In this document: one piece after another, positions 9,866-19,152 of the stretch | Layout of the letters: every line of letters starts with the position of its first letter | Position numbering within the stretch: position 1 is the stretch's first letter | From: Pirellula staleyi DSM 6068 | GTDB taxonomy: Bacteria; Planctomycetota; Planctomycetia; Pirellulales; Pirellulaceae | Assembly (NCBI GenBank): GCA_000025185.1 | Contig: CP001848.1 | Location: 1,470,001 to 1,502,000 of the forward strand | Direction: 5' to 3' | DNA length: 32,000 nt | Translations under genes and position numbers: made by a program | The notes under the pieces: generated by a model | Seen by the model: the letters and a program-made list of their open reading frames with translations, nothing else | Database searches by the model: none | Told to the model about the DNA's origin: nothing

Positions 9866-10297
9866 GTGAAACATCGACTACTGATTGCCTGTCGCGACGG
9901 CGATTGGCGCGAACTCTACCTGAGCTATTTCACCAATCTGGGCTACGAGGTGGAAATTTCCTCGGACGGCCTGGATTGTCTCGCGAAACTGCGTCAGGCA
10001 GCGCCAGCCATCCTTGTACTGGATCTCGAACTTCCTTGGGGCGGAGGGGACGGAATACTTGCCTGGCTCCGTGAAGAGCGATCAGCGCCCCAGGTTCCGG
10101 TGCTGCTTATGGGTCCCACTTCCACCGGGCTCGAGAGGCTCCACTGCAAAGGGTCGCCCGTCCTGGACTACCTGTCCAAACCGGTCGGGCTGACGCGGTT
10201 GCTGATCAGTGTTCGCTCCGCCTTCGCAAGAGCGCACGGACTGGAGCAACCCGCCACGAGGGAGAGCGCCGGTGATACCCCGGCAAGTGCTTGCTGA
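9866..10297 (+). CDS. Single-domain CheY-like response regulator (receiver only)
   Basis: The ORF track starts at TTG 9860. I prefer GTG 9866 because GGGAGG (9854-9859) abuts the TTG but is 6 nt from the GTG. Receiver features are ILVLDLELP (acceptor Asp present) and YLSKP (conserved Lys). The acidic pocket is atypical (LLIACRDGD). The gene is divergent from the kinase operon. Confidence 0.7.
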   Translation: MKHRLLIACRDGDWRELYLSYFTNLGYEVEISSDGLDCLAKLRQAAPAILVLDLELPWGGGDGILAWLREERSAPQVPVLLMGPTSTGLERLHCKGSPVLDYLSKPVGLTRLLISVRSAFARAHGLEQPATRESAGDTPASAC

Positions 10298-10679
10298 GAA
10301 TCAGGTTTCCCTGCTGGCCAGATTGAGGAACCAGCGAATGAGGAACTCGTTCGGATGGCGGCAACTCCATCGGGGCATGTTCGCTAATGCGTTGGCCTAG
10401 GTTGCAGCGAAGCCCACGCTGCAGCCTGTCAGCTAACGGACGGCTGAACTAACTGGCATCCAACTGAAGTTCTGAATGCCCTGTTTTGAACCCATTCAAA
10501 CTGGCGCACCCAACGATTCAAAAAGCTTTGTGTTCACAGTTTCCTTACCAAGCTGACGCTAAACAGGATGAACCACGAAGGAATGGATTCGCACCATCAA
10601 CGAATTGTCGACGACCCGGATGTCGTTCAATCAAAGGCAATCGAAGTGATTCGCTAGACAAGAACGGGAGCAATGAAAC

Positions 10680-11162
10680 ATGTCTCAAGTTTTATCAAAA
10701 AGTGGCAGCCGAACTTCGAGGGGTCTTTCTGAGATTCCGATGAAAACGCAAGGTGAAATCCAAGCTGCCATCTCCGAGCGGATCGCGAGCTTTGGACAGG
10801 AATACATAGGCCGAGGCCCCAGGGCTATTCATGCCCATTTAATCGGCGACCTCCTCGTGATACGCCTCCAGGGCGTGTTAACCACTGCTGAGCTCCACCT
10901 TGTCAAGTCAGGCCCGACGCAGAGTGTGGGAAGAAATCTGCTCAAGCAATTTCGGACCCATCTAGTCGAAACAGCGCGCCCCCTTTTGGAAACCATGATC
11001 CAAGAGGTCACCGGGACCAATGTGCTGAGTCTACACCATGACCTAAGTACAGTGACTGGCGAAGAAGTGCTGCTCTTTACATTAGCCGAAGCGCCAGTTT
11101 GTAGACAATCTAGAAGCAATAAAGTTGGTAGTTCCTTAGGGACATATAAAAGAGTCACCTAA
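10680..11162 (+). CDS. DUF2294 domain protein
   Basis: MKTQGEIQAAISERIASFGQEYIGRGPRAIHAHLIGDLLVIRLQGVLTTAEL...SLHHDLSTVTGEEVLLFTL matches the DUF2294 pattern as I recall it. GGGAG lies 9 nt upstream of ATG 10680. An alternative start at ATG 10740 (MKTQGE) would match the usual family N-terminus. Confidence 0.7.
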   Translation: MSQVLSKSGSRTSRGLSEIPMKTQGEIQAAISERIASFGQEYIGRGPRAIHAHLIGDLLVIRLQGVLTTAELHLVKSGPTQSVGRNLLKQFRTHLVETARPLLETMIQEVTGTNVLSLHHDLSTVTGEEVLLFTLAEAPVCRQSRSNKVGSSLGTYKRVT

Positions 11163-11408
11163 GCGGCAACCAGCTAAACACCAGGGAATACAAGGCTGGC
11201 CCAATTTCACAAGCAAATAGCGCGCGACACAGCTAGTCATTCTGAAAGGGTAGATTCGCGACAAGCAAGGTATTGGGATGCCTTCGCCGTCAGGCTCCAT
11301 TCAGAGGATTGGATTCAATCCCGCATCGCAAATGGATCATAGTTCGGCACTATAGCATGCAAGCAACCTAGTAAAAGAAACCAAACAACAACTGAAAGGC
11401 AGCCCCCA

Positions 11409-11582
11409 ATGTGGTCAGTCCTCTTGATCCTACTGGCTTTTTTTCTTCCTCCTCTGACAGCATTTTTTGTCGTCGGCTTTAGCACGCACTTTTGGATCAA
11501 CCTGATCCTCACCTTGCTGGGCTGGATTCCAGGAACGGTACATGCCCTTTGGTTAGTCGTCACCCAAGGAACGAAAAAATAG
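11409..11582 (+). CDS. Pmp3/YqaE (UPF0057) family small membrane proteolipid, 57 aa
   Basis: Below the ORF-track size cutoff; found by manual translation: MWSVLLILLAFFLPPLTAFFVVGFSTHFWINLILTLLGWIPGTVHALWLVVTQGTKK. It has two TM helices and the family signature FWINLxLTLLGxIPGxxHAL. The listed antisense ORF 11315..11677 is therefore spurious. Confidence 0.8.
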   Translation: MWSVLLILLAFFLPPLTAFFVVGFSTHFWINLILTLLGWIPGTVHALWLVVTQGTKK

Positions 11583-12013
11583 CCCCTAAAACAATAAGTC
11601 CTGTTCACAAGATACATGGTAGCCGGAGCGGTAATGAAGTGATGTGTAATTGGAGTCGTGCTCAAAGAGTGGACCAAGTATGCCGTTTTGATAGGTAGAG
11701 CTTGGATGTTTTATGTTGGTGCTCCCTGAAGCAAGTGGACCGGGCATGCAGCAGGTATTAGAAGCGATTCACTCGCTCGTAATCAACTCCATCGGTTGGC
11801 TAGGTAGGGACCATTCGGGGCATAGCAAGGAGGCTGGCAAACCAGTAAAGCGACCCAGCAAGTGTCTCGTTGGTGCGTTTTATTGAGCTGAACTTATTTG
11901 ACCATAAGACACAACAAAGCAAGTGGTGGGGATCGCTGGCGTTTCTCGGCGAAAGGTGACGCAAGATGTACCGAAACGAACGCTGCCTGGGGCACATCAC
12001 TAAGGAAGATCCC

Positions 12014-12592
12014 ATGACTTCATCGCAAATCCCTGAATCGATGTCAGCACAAGTGTTGCACTCCGCCACGCTGGAGACTCGAGAGAAGCCATTCTGGGGA
12101 ACGACTGAGCAGCGCCCGGGTTCACTCAGCGGCATCCGCCACCAAGGACCCTGGTGCGAATCTCTCCGGGTTTTGGTAGCGGATGGCAATCAGGATTCCG
12201 CCGACGAACTTGGCTGGTGGCTACATAGGTGCGGGCATGATCCGAGCGTTGTCTATGACGGCCCCACGGCACTTCGAGTCGCTGCAATGCATCGGCCTCA
12301 GGTGGTACTGCTCCATCTCGAGATACCCCAGATGGATGGCTGTCGAGTCGCCAAACAACTGAGACATGACTTTCCGAGGTGGGAGTGCTTGCTGATTGGC
12401 ATCACCGGGCGAACGGACGAGGCGCGATACCGGCAATCGATCGAGTCTGGTGTCGACCTGCTGCTGATCGAACCTTACCGACTGTTGATCCTGGAGACTT
12501 TGTTGTCGTTAGAGAGCGTTCGAGTACAGCGAGTGCAGTCGGAGCGTTGCATTGGCCTACTTGCCAACATGGAACCAACCCCGCAGGAATGA
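12014..12592 (+). CDS. Receiver-domain (REC-like) protein with a degenerate phosphorylation site
   Basis: ORF track gives 11966..12592. I prefer ATG 12014, with AAGGAAG upstream. LRVLVADGNQDSADELG...VVLLHLEIPQMDG...LIGITGRTDE...LLLIEP aligns to the CheY fold. The acceptor position is His (CAT at 12314-12316) and the conserved Lys position is Glu. Confidence 0.7.
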   Translation: MTSSQIPESMSAQVLHSATLETREKPFWGTTEQRPGSLSGIRHQGPWCESLRVLVADGNQDSADELGWWLHRCGHDPSVVYDGPTALRVAAMHRPQVVLLHLEIPQMDGCRVAKQLRHDFPRWECLLIGITGRTDEARYRQSIESGVDLLLIEPYRLLILETLLSLESVRVQRVQSERCIGLLANMEPTPQE

Positions 12593-12712
12593 AAGTTTTG
12601 ACGTCTCTCGAACATTTGTTTATGGCATCGATGAAGTTTCCATCAAAACCCTTGCGATCAACGAGTCCGTTCGTGCGGACGTATTAGAAATAGGAAAAGG
12701 AAGGTTGACGTC

Positions 12713-13126
12713 ATGCGCGATAATGTGGGTAGGTTTTGTGAAAGCGTTCACACCCGGCTCGAGGCCCTCGATGGTCAGATGGACGCTCTCAAACTCAATA
12801 TTGGAACCACTTGGCATTCCCTCCAAGAGAAGCTTAAAGAGGTACGTCAAGACCATGAAGCTTCCCGTCAGCTAGTGGCAGATGCCAGGACCAGCTTGGA
12901 ATCCTGGTTCGGCGAGCAGCAGATCGAGTCGCAGGGCGCGATTGATGCCTTGGTGAAGAACCACGATGTCAAGCAACTTGCCGCGCGAGCTCAAAAGGCA
13001 GAGGAATGTGCCTGGTCGGCTATTCAGCTTGCCCAGGCGAGCATCGACGATGCCGAGTGGATGATCCTGGAGGCAATTTCCGCCAAGCTCGATGCCGAGG
13101 CTGTTACAGAGGAACTACCGCAGTAG
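12713..13126 (+). CDS. Hypothetical helical/coiled-coil protein (137 aa)
   Basis: AAAGGAAGG RBS lies upstream of ATG 12713. The composition is alpha-helical and rich in E/Q/A/L. I recognise no family. It sits 61 nt upstream of the GH13 gene on the same strand. Confidence 0.55.
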   Translation: MRDNVGRFCESVHTRLEALDGQMDALKLNIGTTWHSLQEKLKEVRQDHEASRQLVADARTSLESWFGEQQIESQGAIDALVKNHDVKQLAARAQKAEECAWSAIQLAQASIDDAEWMILEAISAKLDAEAVTEELPQ

Positions 13127-13187
13127 CGCGTCGCTCGCACCAGTCACTGCGTGATGCGCGTTGATTTACACGAAACGGAGGTCACCT

Positions 13188-15035
13188 GTGTCCACAATTG
13201 TTACCGAAAACGTTGTCAGCGGTATGGGATCGATGCCTCGAGCCGACGGAGTGGCATTTCGCTTATGGGCGCCCCATGCGGATGCGGTGTACGTAACGGG
13301 GACGTTTAACCACTGGGCCTCGGAAACGCATCCGATGGTGAAGGAGAAGAGTGGCTATTGGTACGCCGACATTCATGAGGCGCGGATCGGCCACGAGTAC
13401 CGATACCGAATCGTCAGCGGCGACAAACAATTACTCCGTATCGATCCCTACGCGCGACAGGTCACTTGCTCTGTGGGGAACGCGGTCATTCACGACCCTC
13501 ACTTCGATTGGGCTGGCGATAACTTTCGTCTACCTCCAATGAATGAGATGGTGATCTACGAAATGCATTTGGGAACCTTTCACGACCAAGAAGATGGGAA
13601 GTCGGACAAGTTTGCTGAAGTGGTGCAGAAGCTAGATCATCTGCAGCGGCTGGGTGTGAATGTGATTGAAGTCATGCCCTTGGCTCAGTTCGCGGGTCAC
13701 TCGTCGTGGGGATACAACCCTTCATGCGTGTTCGCCGTGGAATCAAACTACGGCGGTCCCGATGGATTTAAACGCTTTGTCAAAGCCGTGCATCAAGCCG
13801 GAATCGGCGTGGTTTTAGACGTTGTTTACAACCACTTCGGGCCTAGCGACCTCGATCTGTGGCAGTTCGATGGCTGGAGCGAAAACGGTCAGGGTGGAAT
13901 CTACTTCTACAACGATTGGCGGGCCACCACTCCCTGGGGTATGACACGCCCTGATTATGGACGCAACGAGGTGCGACAATTCATTCGAGATAATGTTCTG
14001 ATGTGGCTTGAGGAGTATCACGTCGACGGTCTGCGACTCGACATGACGCTGTTTATGCACAACGTTCGCGCAAGCAGTGACGCTGGCGGGGAATTGCCCG
14101 ACGGTTGGAGCCTCATTCAGTGGATCAATCGTGAAGTACAGCAGCGCTATCCGCAGCGCATCATGATCGCCGAGGACTTGCAAGACAATGAACGGATCAC
14201 GAAGTCGCTGGATCAGGGTGGAGCTGGATTCACCGCGCAATGGGCTGCTCGTTTTGTGCACCCGATTCGAGCTGCTGTCATCACGCCTGATGATGCGCAG
14301 CGCTCGCTTGATAACGTTCGTCACGCAATCGAAGGTCAGTACAATGGGAATCCTTTTCAGCGGGTGATCTACAGCGAGTCGCACGACGAGATTGCGAATG
14401 GTAAAGCACGCGTCGCGTCGGAAATCAATCCGCAGAATCCGGAATGCTGGGCAGCCCAGAAACGGACCACCCTAGCAGCCGCATTGGTGCTGACATCGCC
14501 CGGCATCCCGATGCTGTTTCAGGGACAGGAGTTTCTCGAAGACGGCTGGTTTCAGGATACGGTGCCGCTCGATTGGCAGAAGTCCAAAGACTTCAGTGGC
14601 CTGTTGAGAATGTATGGTGACTTGATTCAGCTGCGACTCAACCGGTCGGGCACGACGCGCGGTCTTACGGGGTCGGGGATCCATACGTTCCATCAGAATC
14701 AGGCCGACTGCGTGCTTGCCTATCATCGGTGGCACCAAGGGGGCCCTGGCGACGACGTGGTGGTCGTTGTGAATCTGTCGCATCGAGCTCACGAGAACTA
14801 TGAACTCGGATTTCCGTCACCCGGGATTTGGCGGTTGCGGCTCAACAGCGACTGGAATGGCTACAGTCATGCCTTTAGCAATCAGGCTTGCTCCGATATC
14901 AACACGGAAGCGAAGGGTAACGACCAATCCCCGGATCGCAGCAACTCACCACGCGATGGCTTCCTGGCTTCGGGATTGATCAACATCGGACCCTATAGTG
15001 TGCTGGTGTTTTCGCAAAACAAACCCGAGGAATAA
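13188..15035 (+). CDS. GH13 alpha-amylase-family enzyme with N-terminal CBM48-like domain (glucan branching-enzyme-like)
   Basis: The ORF track starts at TTG 13161. I prefer GTG 13188, with GGAGG (13177-13181) 6 nt upstream. N-terminus GVAFRLWAPHADAVYVTGTFNHW is CBM48-like. GH13 conserved regions are VVLDVVYNHFGP, DGLRLDMTLFMH (nucleophile Asp), IAEDLQD (acid/base Glu) and YSESHDEIANG. Exact specificity is not decidable from sequence by eye. Confidence 0.8.
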   Translation: MSTIVTENVVSGMGSMPRADGVAFRLWAPHADAVYVTGTFNHWASETHPMVKEKSGYWYADIHEARIGHEYRYRIVSGDKQLLRIDPYARQVTCSVGNAVIHDPHFDWAGDNFRLPPMNEMVIYEMHLGTFHDQEDGKSDKFAEVVQKLDHLQRLGVNVIEVMPLAQFAGHSSWGYNPSCVFAVESNYGGPDGFKRFVKAVHQAGIGVVLDVVYNHFGPSDLDLWQFDGWSENGQGGIYFYNDWRATTPWGMTRPDYGRNEVRQFIRDNVLMWLEEYHVDGLRLDMTLFMHNVRASSDAGGELPDGWSLIQWINREVQQRYPQRIMIAEDLQDNERITKSLDQGGAGFTAQWAARFVHPIRAAVITPDDAQRSLDNVRHAIEGQYNGNPFQRVIYSESHDEIANGKARVASEINPQNPECWAAQKRTTLAAALVLTSPGIPMLFQGQEFLEDGWFQDTVPLDWQKSKDFSGLLRMYGDLIQLRLNRSGTTRGLTGSGIHTFHQNQADCVLAYHRWHQGGPGDDVVVVVNLSHRAHENYELGFPSPGIWRLRLNSDWNGYSHAFSNQACSDINTEAKGNDQSPDRSNSPRDGFLASGLINIGPYSVLVFSQNKPEE

Positions 15036-15080
15036 CTGGAGTCTACTACAGCCATAACATGGGTAACCAAGGCATCTGCT

Positions 15081-16172
15081 ATGAACACAGCTAACCTGCC
15101 CCTGCCATACTCGGACGACGTTGAGACGATTCCACCCGATGAGCCAGAGGATATCGCGCAGGTGGTCGCTGCCATGGAAGTGCTCCTTTCACGGAGCCTG
15201 GCGAAGAGTGGACAGTTTCGCCCCGACGTCCATGTGAAAACACATGGCTACGCGCGAGGGGAGTTTTGGGTCTTGCCGAATCTGCCCGCCGAACTCAAGC
15301 AAGGGCTCTTTGATCACGATGGTATCTACCAAGCTGTGGTGCGATTTTCCAACGCTGCCAGCCTCGCTCAATCCGACATTATTCCCGATGGTCGCGGACT
15401 GGCAATTAAAGTGTTTGACGTCAACGGCGAAATGATTCCGGCAGATGAGCAGTGGAGCCCAACACAAGATTTCGTGATGATTAATCACCCAGTCTTTTTT
15501 GCTCGCAATGTGCAAGACTACCTCCGCTTAGAAAAGGTCCTCGTGCAAGCGGAAGGCAACTCGCTCGCCACCTTGCAAGGCGCCCTCACCGGTGGCGACT
15601 GGAATCCCTTGCACTGGCATTGGCGCGAGTTGCTTACAGTCGCCCGGATCGCTGGCCAGCTCCCCGCGCATCCAGTGAGTAACACCTACTTCAGCATGGC
15701 CCCGATTCGTTTCGGAAACTTCGTGGCCAAATATCGGGCCAAGCCAGCTGGAGACAATCACGATTCCTACATGAAACTGGTTCAACGATTAGGTTCTCAG
15801 ACCGACGCCCTACGCTTGGCGCTTGAAGAGACTTTGCGTACGCAGCAGGTGCTGTTCGAGTTCCAGGTGCAGCTCCGGACCTCCGAGCGAACGATGCCAA
15901 TTGAAGACGCTAGTGTTGAATGGCCGGAAAGCGAATCTCCGTATCGCACGGTCGCTCATCTCTTGCTCCCGCGTCAGGAGATTGAGCTGTTGCGGCAGCA
16001 AGCAACCTATCAGAACCTGGCGTTTAACGTTTGGCACGCTTTGGCAGCGCATCGGCCACTCGGAGGTATCAACCGAGCTCGCCGCCGAGCTTATTCGCTA
16101 TCATCCGCCTGGCGTCGACTGCAATTTGCAGCACAATCGCCCGAGCCGAACTATGTGGATCCGCCCGAGTAA
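15081..16172 (+). CDS. Catalase-related haem-binding family protein (y4iL/SrpA-like)
   Basis: KTHGYARGEF, VVRFSNAASLAQSDIIPDGRGLAIKV and the C-terminal RARRRAYSLSSAWR (proximal Tyr context) follow the catalase-core pattern. At 363 aa it is much shorter than true catalases. Confidence 0.65.
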   Translation: MNTANLPLPYSDDVETIPPDEPEDIAQVVAAMEVLLSRSLAKSGQFRPDVHVKTHGYARGEFWVLPNLPAELKQGLFDHDGIYQAVVRFSNAASLAQSDIIPDGRGLAIKVFDVNGEMIPADEQWSPTQDFVMINHPVFFARNVQDYLRLEKVLVQAEGNSLATLQGALTGGDWNPLHWHWRELLTVARIAGQLPAHPVSNTYFSMAPIRFGNFVAKYRAKPAGDNHDSYMKLVQRLGSQTDALRLALEETLRTQQVLFEFQVQLRTSERTMPIEDASVEWPESESPYRTVAHLLLPRQEIELLRQQATYQNLAFNVWHALAAHRPLGGINRARRRAYSLSSAWRRLQFAAQSPEPNYVDPPE

Positions 16173-16502
16173 ATCCACCTACCAATCAACGGAAAGGTCG
16201 ATTCCTTGGTCGCAGTGGTTAGAATCTCAAGACCCCCGTCGGTGCTTCTGCGAAGTCAAGAAACGTTGCCTCTGCAACTACCGATAATGAGCGAGTGCGT
16301 TGGCCAGCTGGTTGAGAGCGAGTTCATCTATCTCGCTTTAGTCAACGTTTTGCCGGCGGGACAAATGGCTCTTGCCAGGATTGTGAAGCTGGGCCAGGGC
16401 GAGATTTTTTAGGGCGCATCGCACTTTTTTAGAGCGGCCATTTCGCCCATTTTCGCCTTGGATTTCAAACACCACGTGCGCTACTCGTCCGTGCGACACG
16501 CA

Positions 16503-18284
16503 CTAGGAGTGAGAAACAGCGGGATCGTGATGCGTAAGCTTACGCAGCTGCTGAATGCCGATCGGGGGCTCGATCTGCCAAGGAATGATTGCGAAGCGGC
16601 TGGCTTGCACTTCCTTCACCTCGCGCAGGTACTTTTGCTCGTGTTGCTGTCGCTGCTTCATCAGCGGATCGGTGAGCGGGAGTGGGCTAAGCACCTGGTT
16701 GATGACCCAGGCGAAAGGCTCGATTTCGGCGCGGCGCAAATCTCGCTGCAGGGCTGCTGCTTCATGCACGGGCGTTGCTTCCGCGAGCGTGACAATCAGC
16801 ACACGTGTGAAACCGGGATCGCGCAGACGAGGCAACAGGTTTTCGACAGCTTCGGGCATAGCACTCGCCTGCCGAGTGACTTCGCGGTGATAGGCGAGTG
16901 CCGAATCGAGCAGCAAGACAGTGTGGCCCGTGGGAGCAGTGTCGAGCACCACAAACTTGTTGGTGCCAGCGGCCACAGCATCAGCAAACGCCCTGAAAAC
17001 TGCGATTTCTTCCGTGCACGGCGAGCGGAGGTCCTCCTCGAGGAGTGCCCTCCCCTGCTGGTCGAGATTGGCCCCGGCGCTACTTAAAACCTCGGCGGAA
17101 TACTTGGCGGTTTCTGCTGCAGGGTCGATGCGACTAACGGTTAGGTTCGCCAGTTGCTGGTTGTTGAGTGCTGCTGCGATATGAGCGGCGGGGTCGGTTG
17201 TCGATAGATGGACTTCATAGCCCCGCTCGGCGATCGCCACTGCCACTGCAGCTGCGACGGTCGTTTTCCCAACGCCACCTTTTCCCATCGCGAGAATCAC
17301 GCCGTGACCGGGAGCCACAAGATCGTCAATCAACTCGCCGAGTAGTGGCAAGTCGTCTACTCGGTCCGAACTGTCTAGCGTTGACGCTTCCGGTGAATAG
17401 CTCGGAGGAGTCCCCAGTAGACGAAGCGATTCGACGCCGACGATGCCGCTGGGACTCAGTGGCACGATGGTTGTCGGTAGAGCTCGGAGGCTTTCGGGAG
17501 TCGCGGCGAGCGCGACAGCTCCACGTTGCTCGAGCGCGACGGCATAGGGATCGCTCGTATCGAGCGCTTCAAACACTCCGTTTACAACCAGATGCTGATT
17601 CTCCACGCCAAGTTCAGCAAGCTCGCCACTGGTGCGAGCTGCTTCACGCAGCGCGCTCACTTCAGCGCGGGCTACGAGAACAAGCGTCGTGACCTGCGGA
17701 TCGCCAAGGGCTTTCACCGTCTCTTGATACAGTTTCTGCTGAGCCTGCAAACCGGCGAGCGGACCGAGACAGCTAGTGCCGGTCGTGTTCTCCTCCATGA
17801 AACCGGCCCATGCCGATGGCAGGGTGAGCAGCCGAAGCGTATGGCCCGTTGGTGCGGTGTCGAAGATGACATGATCGAACTGCGACGTGGCAGCTGGATC
17901 GCCAAGCAGTCGCGAGAACTCATCAAACGCAGCGATTTCGAGGGTACAAGAGCCCGAAAATTGCTCTTCCATGCTCTTCACCGCTGCATCGGGGAGTAGT
18001 CCGCGATAAGGCCCAATCATCCGCTCGCGATATGCGGCCGCCGACTTTTCGGGATCGAGGTTCATCGCATAGAGCGTGGGAACAGCGGGGATGGCAGTGG
18101 GACGATTTTCGAGTGCGACGCCCAGCACTTCGTCGAGGTTCGATGCTGGGTCGGTGGAGACGAGCAGCACCCGTTTACCTGCATCGGCAAGTCGAACTGC
18201 GGCCGCACAAGCGACTGACGTTTTGCCGACGCCCCCTTTGCCGGTGAAGAACAGATTGCGCGTCGGATGAAGGAGGAATTTCAT
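16503..18284 (-). CDS. arsA: Arsenite-activated ATPase ArsA (two-halved, 593 aa)
   Basis: Two P-loops (FTGKGGVGKTS; MGKGGVGKTT) and two DTAPTGHT signal-transduction motifs are present. The metalloid-binding Cys contexts are conserved: GSCTLEIAAFDEF, GTSCLGPLAGL, SPCTEEIAVFRAF. Confidence 0.92.
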   Translation of the reverse strand: MKFLLHPTRNLFFTGKGGVGKTSVACAAAVRLADAGKRVLLVSTDPASNLDEVLGVALENRPTAIPAVPTLYAMNLDPEKSAAAYRERMIGPYRGLLPDAAVKSMEEQFSGSCTLEIAAFDEFSRLLGDPAATSQFDHVIFDTAPTGHTLRLLTLPSAWAGFMEENTTGTSCLGPLAGLQAQQKLYQETVKALGDPQVTTLVLVARAEVSALREAARTSGELAELGVENQHLVVNGVFEALDTSDPYAVALEQRGAVALAATPESLRALPTTIVPLSPSGIVGVESLRLLGTPPSYSPEASTLDSSDRVDDLPLLGELIDDLVAPGHGVILAMGKGGVGKTTVAAAVAVAIAERGYEVHLSTTDPAAHIAAALNNQQLANLTVSRIDPAAETAKYSAEVLSSAGANLDQQGRALLEEDLRSPCTEEIAVFRAFADAVAAGTNKFVVLDTAPTGHTVLLLDSALAYHREVTRQASAMPEAVENLLPRLRDPGFTRVLIVTLAEATPVHEAAALQRDLRRAEIEPFAWVINQVLSPLPLTDPLMKQRQQHEQKYLREVKEVQASRFAIIPWQIEPPIGIQQLRKLTHHDPAVSHS

Positions 18285-18333
18285 GGTCAGAGATCCTTGT
18301 GCTGTCGGTCAAAGCGATTCGAGGTTCTGATAC

Positions 18334-18696
18334 TTAGCAACAGCTGCCGCCAGGTGTGCAGCATCCTGTGGCGACCATGGGTAGCTCTTCCTGCATTGAA
18401 ACGTGTGCCCAGCTGGCGAGGAGCTGTCGGCTCGGGTAGATCCCTTGGCTGACAATCTGTCCCTCCACAAAAATGATGGGCAATGCCTCGACACCCTTGG
18501 TCCCTAGTAAAGCGCGGACCTCTTCGTGGTTCACAAACTCCTGGGGCTGTTGCGACAGATTGAATCGATCGACCGACACACCTTGGCGGCGAAGCCAATC
18601 GAGATCGCTTGCAAAACGGACCAGTGTTTGGTCGACTTGTGCCCCGCAGATCCCTGTCGAGCAGCACATCGGTTTGTCAAAAATTTGCATGGTCAT
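18334..18696 (-). CDS. arsD: Arsenic metallochaperone / repressor ArsD (120 aa)
   Basis: ORF track gives 18334..18759. I trimmed the start to ATG 18696, with AGGAGA 6 nt upstream. MTMQIFDKPMCCSTGICG and the C-terminal GCCTPGGSCC carry the vicinal Cys pairs typical of ArsD. Confidence 0.9.
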   Translation of the reverse strand: MTMQIFDKPMCCSTGICGAQVDQTLVRFASDLDWLRRQGVSVDRFNLSQQPQEFVNHEEVRALLGTKGVEALPIIFVEGQIVSQGIYPSRQLLASWAHVSMQEELPMVATGCCTPGGSCC

Positions 18697-18763
18697 GTTC
18701 GTTCTCCTGATCAGTGTTCGTTTATCGCCGATAGGCGATTTTGCGAGTAAATGAAACAACCGA

Positions 18764-19102
18764 TTACAACTTACCGATTAACTCTTTGAGTTCCGCGAGT
18801 GATACGGCGTTGATGCAGTAGCAGACACGCGGTCCATCGATTTCACCTTGCACGAGCCCCGCTTCTTTCAAGATCTTGAGGTGCTGAGAAACGGTCGACT
18901 GGGCGACCGGCATCTCGTCGACGATCTCGCCGCACACACACGTTTCGCGTTTGGCGAGCAGTTGCAGAATTTTAATCCGCAAAGGATGTGCCAGACCCCA
19001 AGCGAGTGCGGCCAGCCGTTCGACCTTCAGCTGCTGCGTTGTCGCGCTGCTACCGTTCGACGGAACTGGTTCACACTTTAAGGGTTTGCGGCGACGAGCC
19101 AT
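18764..19102 (-). CDS. arsR: ArsR/SmtB-family metalloregulator
   Basis: AHPLRIKILQLLAKRETCVCGEIVDEMPVAQSTVSQHLKILKEAGLV shows a winged HTH with the CVC metal-sensing motif. It is the first gene of the arsR-arsD-arsA operon. Confidence 0.88.
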   Translation of the reverse strand: MARRRKPLKCEPVPSNGSSATTQQLKVERLAALAWGLAHPLRIKILQLLAKRETCVCGEIVDEMPVAQSTVSQHLKILKEAGLVQGEIDGPRVCYCINAVSLAELKELIGKL

Positions 19103-19134
19103 TATTTCACCTCAGCGGTAGGTCCTGCTTCTCT

Positions 19135-19152
19135 TATCGTTATTCTACGATA
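19135..19152. promoter_or_regulatory. Candidate ArsR-family operator (inverted repeat TATCGT-N6-ACGATA)
   Basis: A perfect 6-bp inverted repeat lies 33-50 nt upstream of the arsR ATG. It sits in the 334-bp divergent intergenic region shared with the P-type ATPase and is followed by a second ACGAT. This rests on position and symmetry only. Confidence 0.25.

Noticed and set aside
11315-11677. 120-aa minus-strand ORF
   Set aside because: It lies directly antisense to a 57-aa plus-strand ORF with a strong Pmp3/YqaE family signature. The minus product has no recognisable features.
11746-11886. 46-codon plus-strand ORF (MQQVLEAIHSLVINSIGWLGRDH…), and a 29-codon ORF at 10567..10656
   Set aside because: Neither has a convincing Shine-Dalgarno sequence or a recognisable family. 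They could only be evaluated by conservation or Ribo-seq.
16209-16228. tRNA-like fragment GTCGCAGTGGTTAGAATCTC (D-loop-like), and a T-loop-like GGATTGGATTCAATCCCGC at 11306-11324
   Set aside because: Neither can be extended into a cloverleaf: there are no complementary acceptor, D or T stems. They are at most chance matches or old att-site remnants, which cannot be supported from this window.
16206-16412. 68-aa plus ORF and T-rich runs in the convergent catalase-like/arsA gap
   Set aside because: There is no RBS or homology. I could not find a convincing stem preceding the T runs at ~16405 and ~16425, so I do not call a gene or a terminator here.
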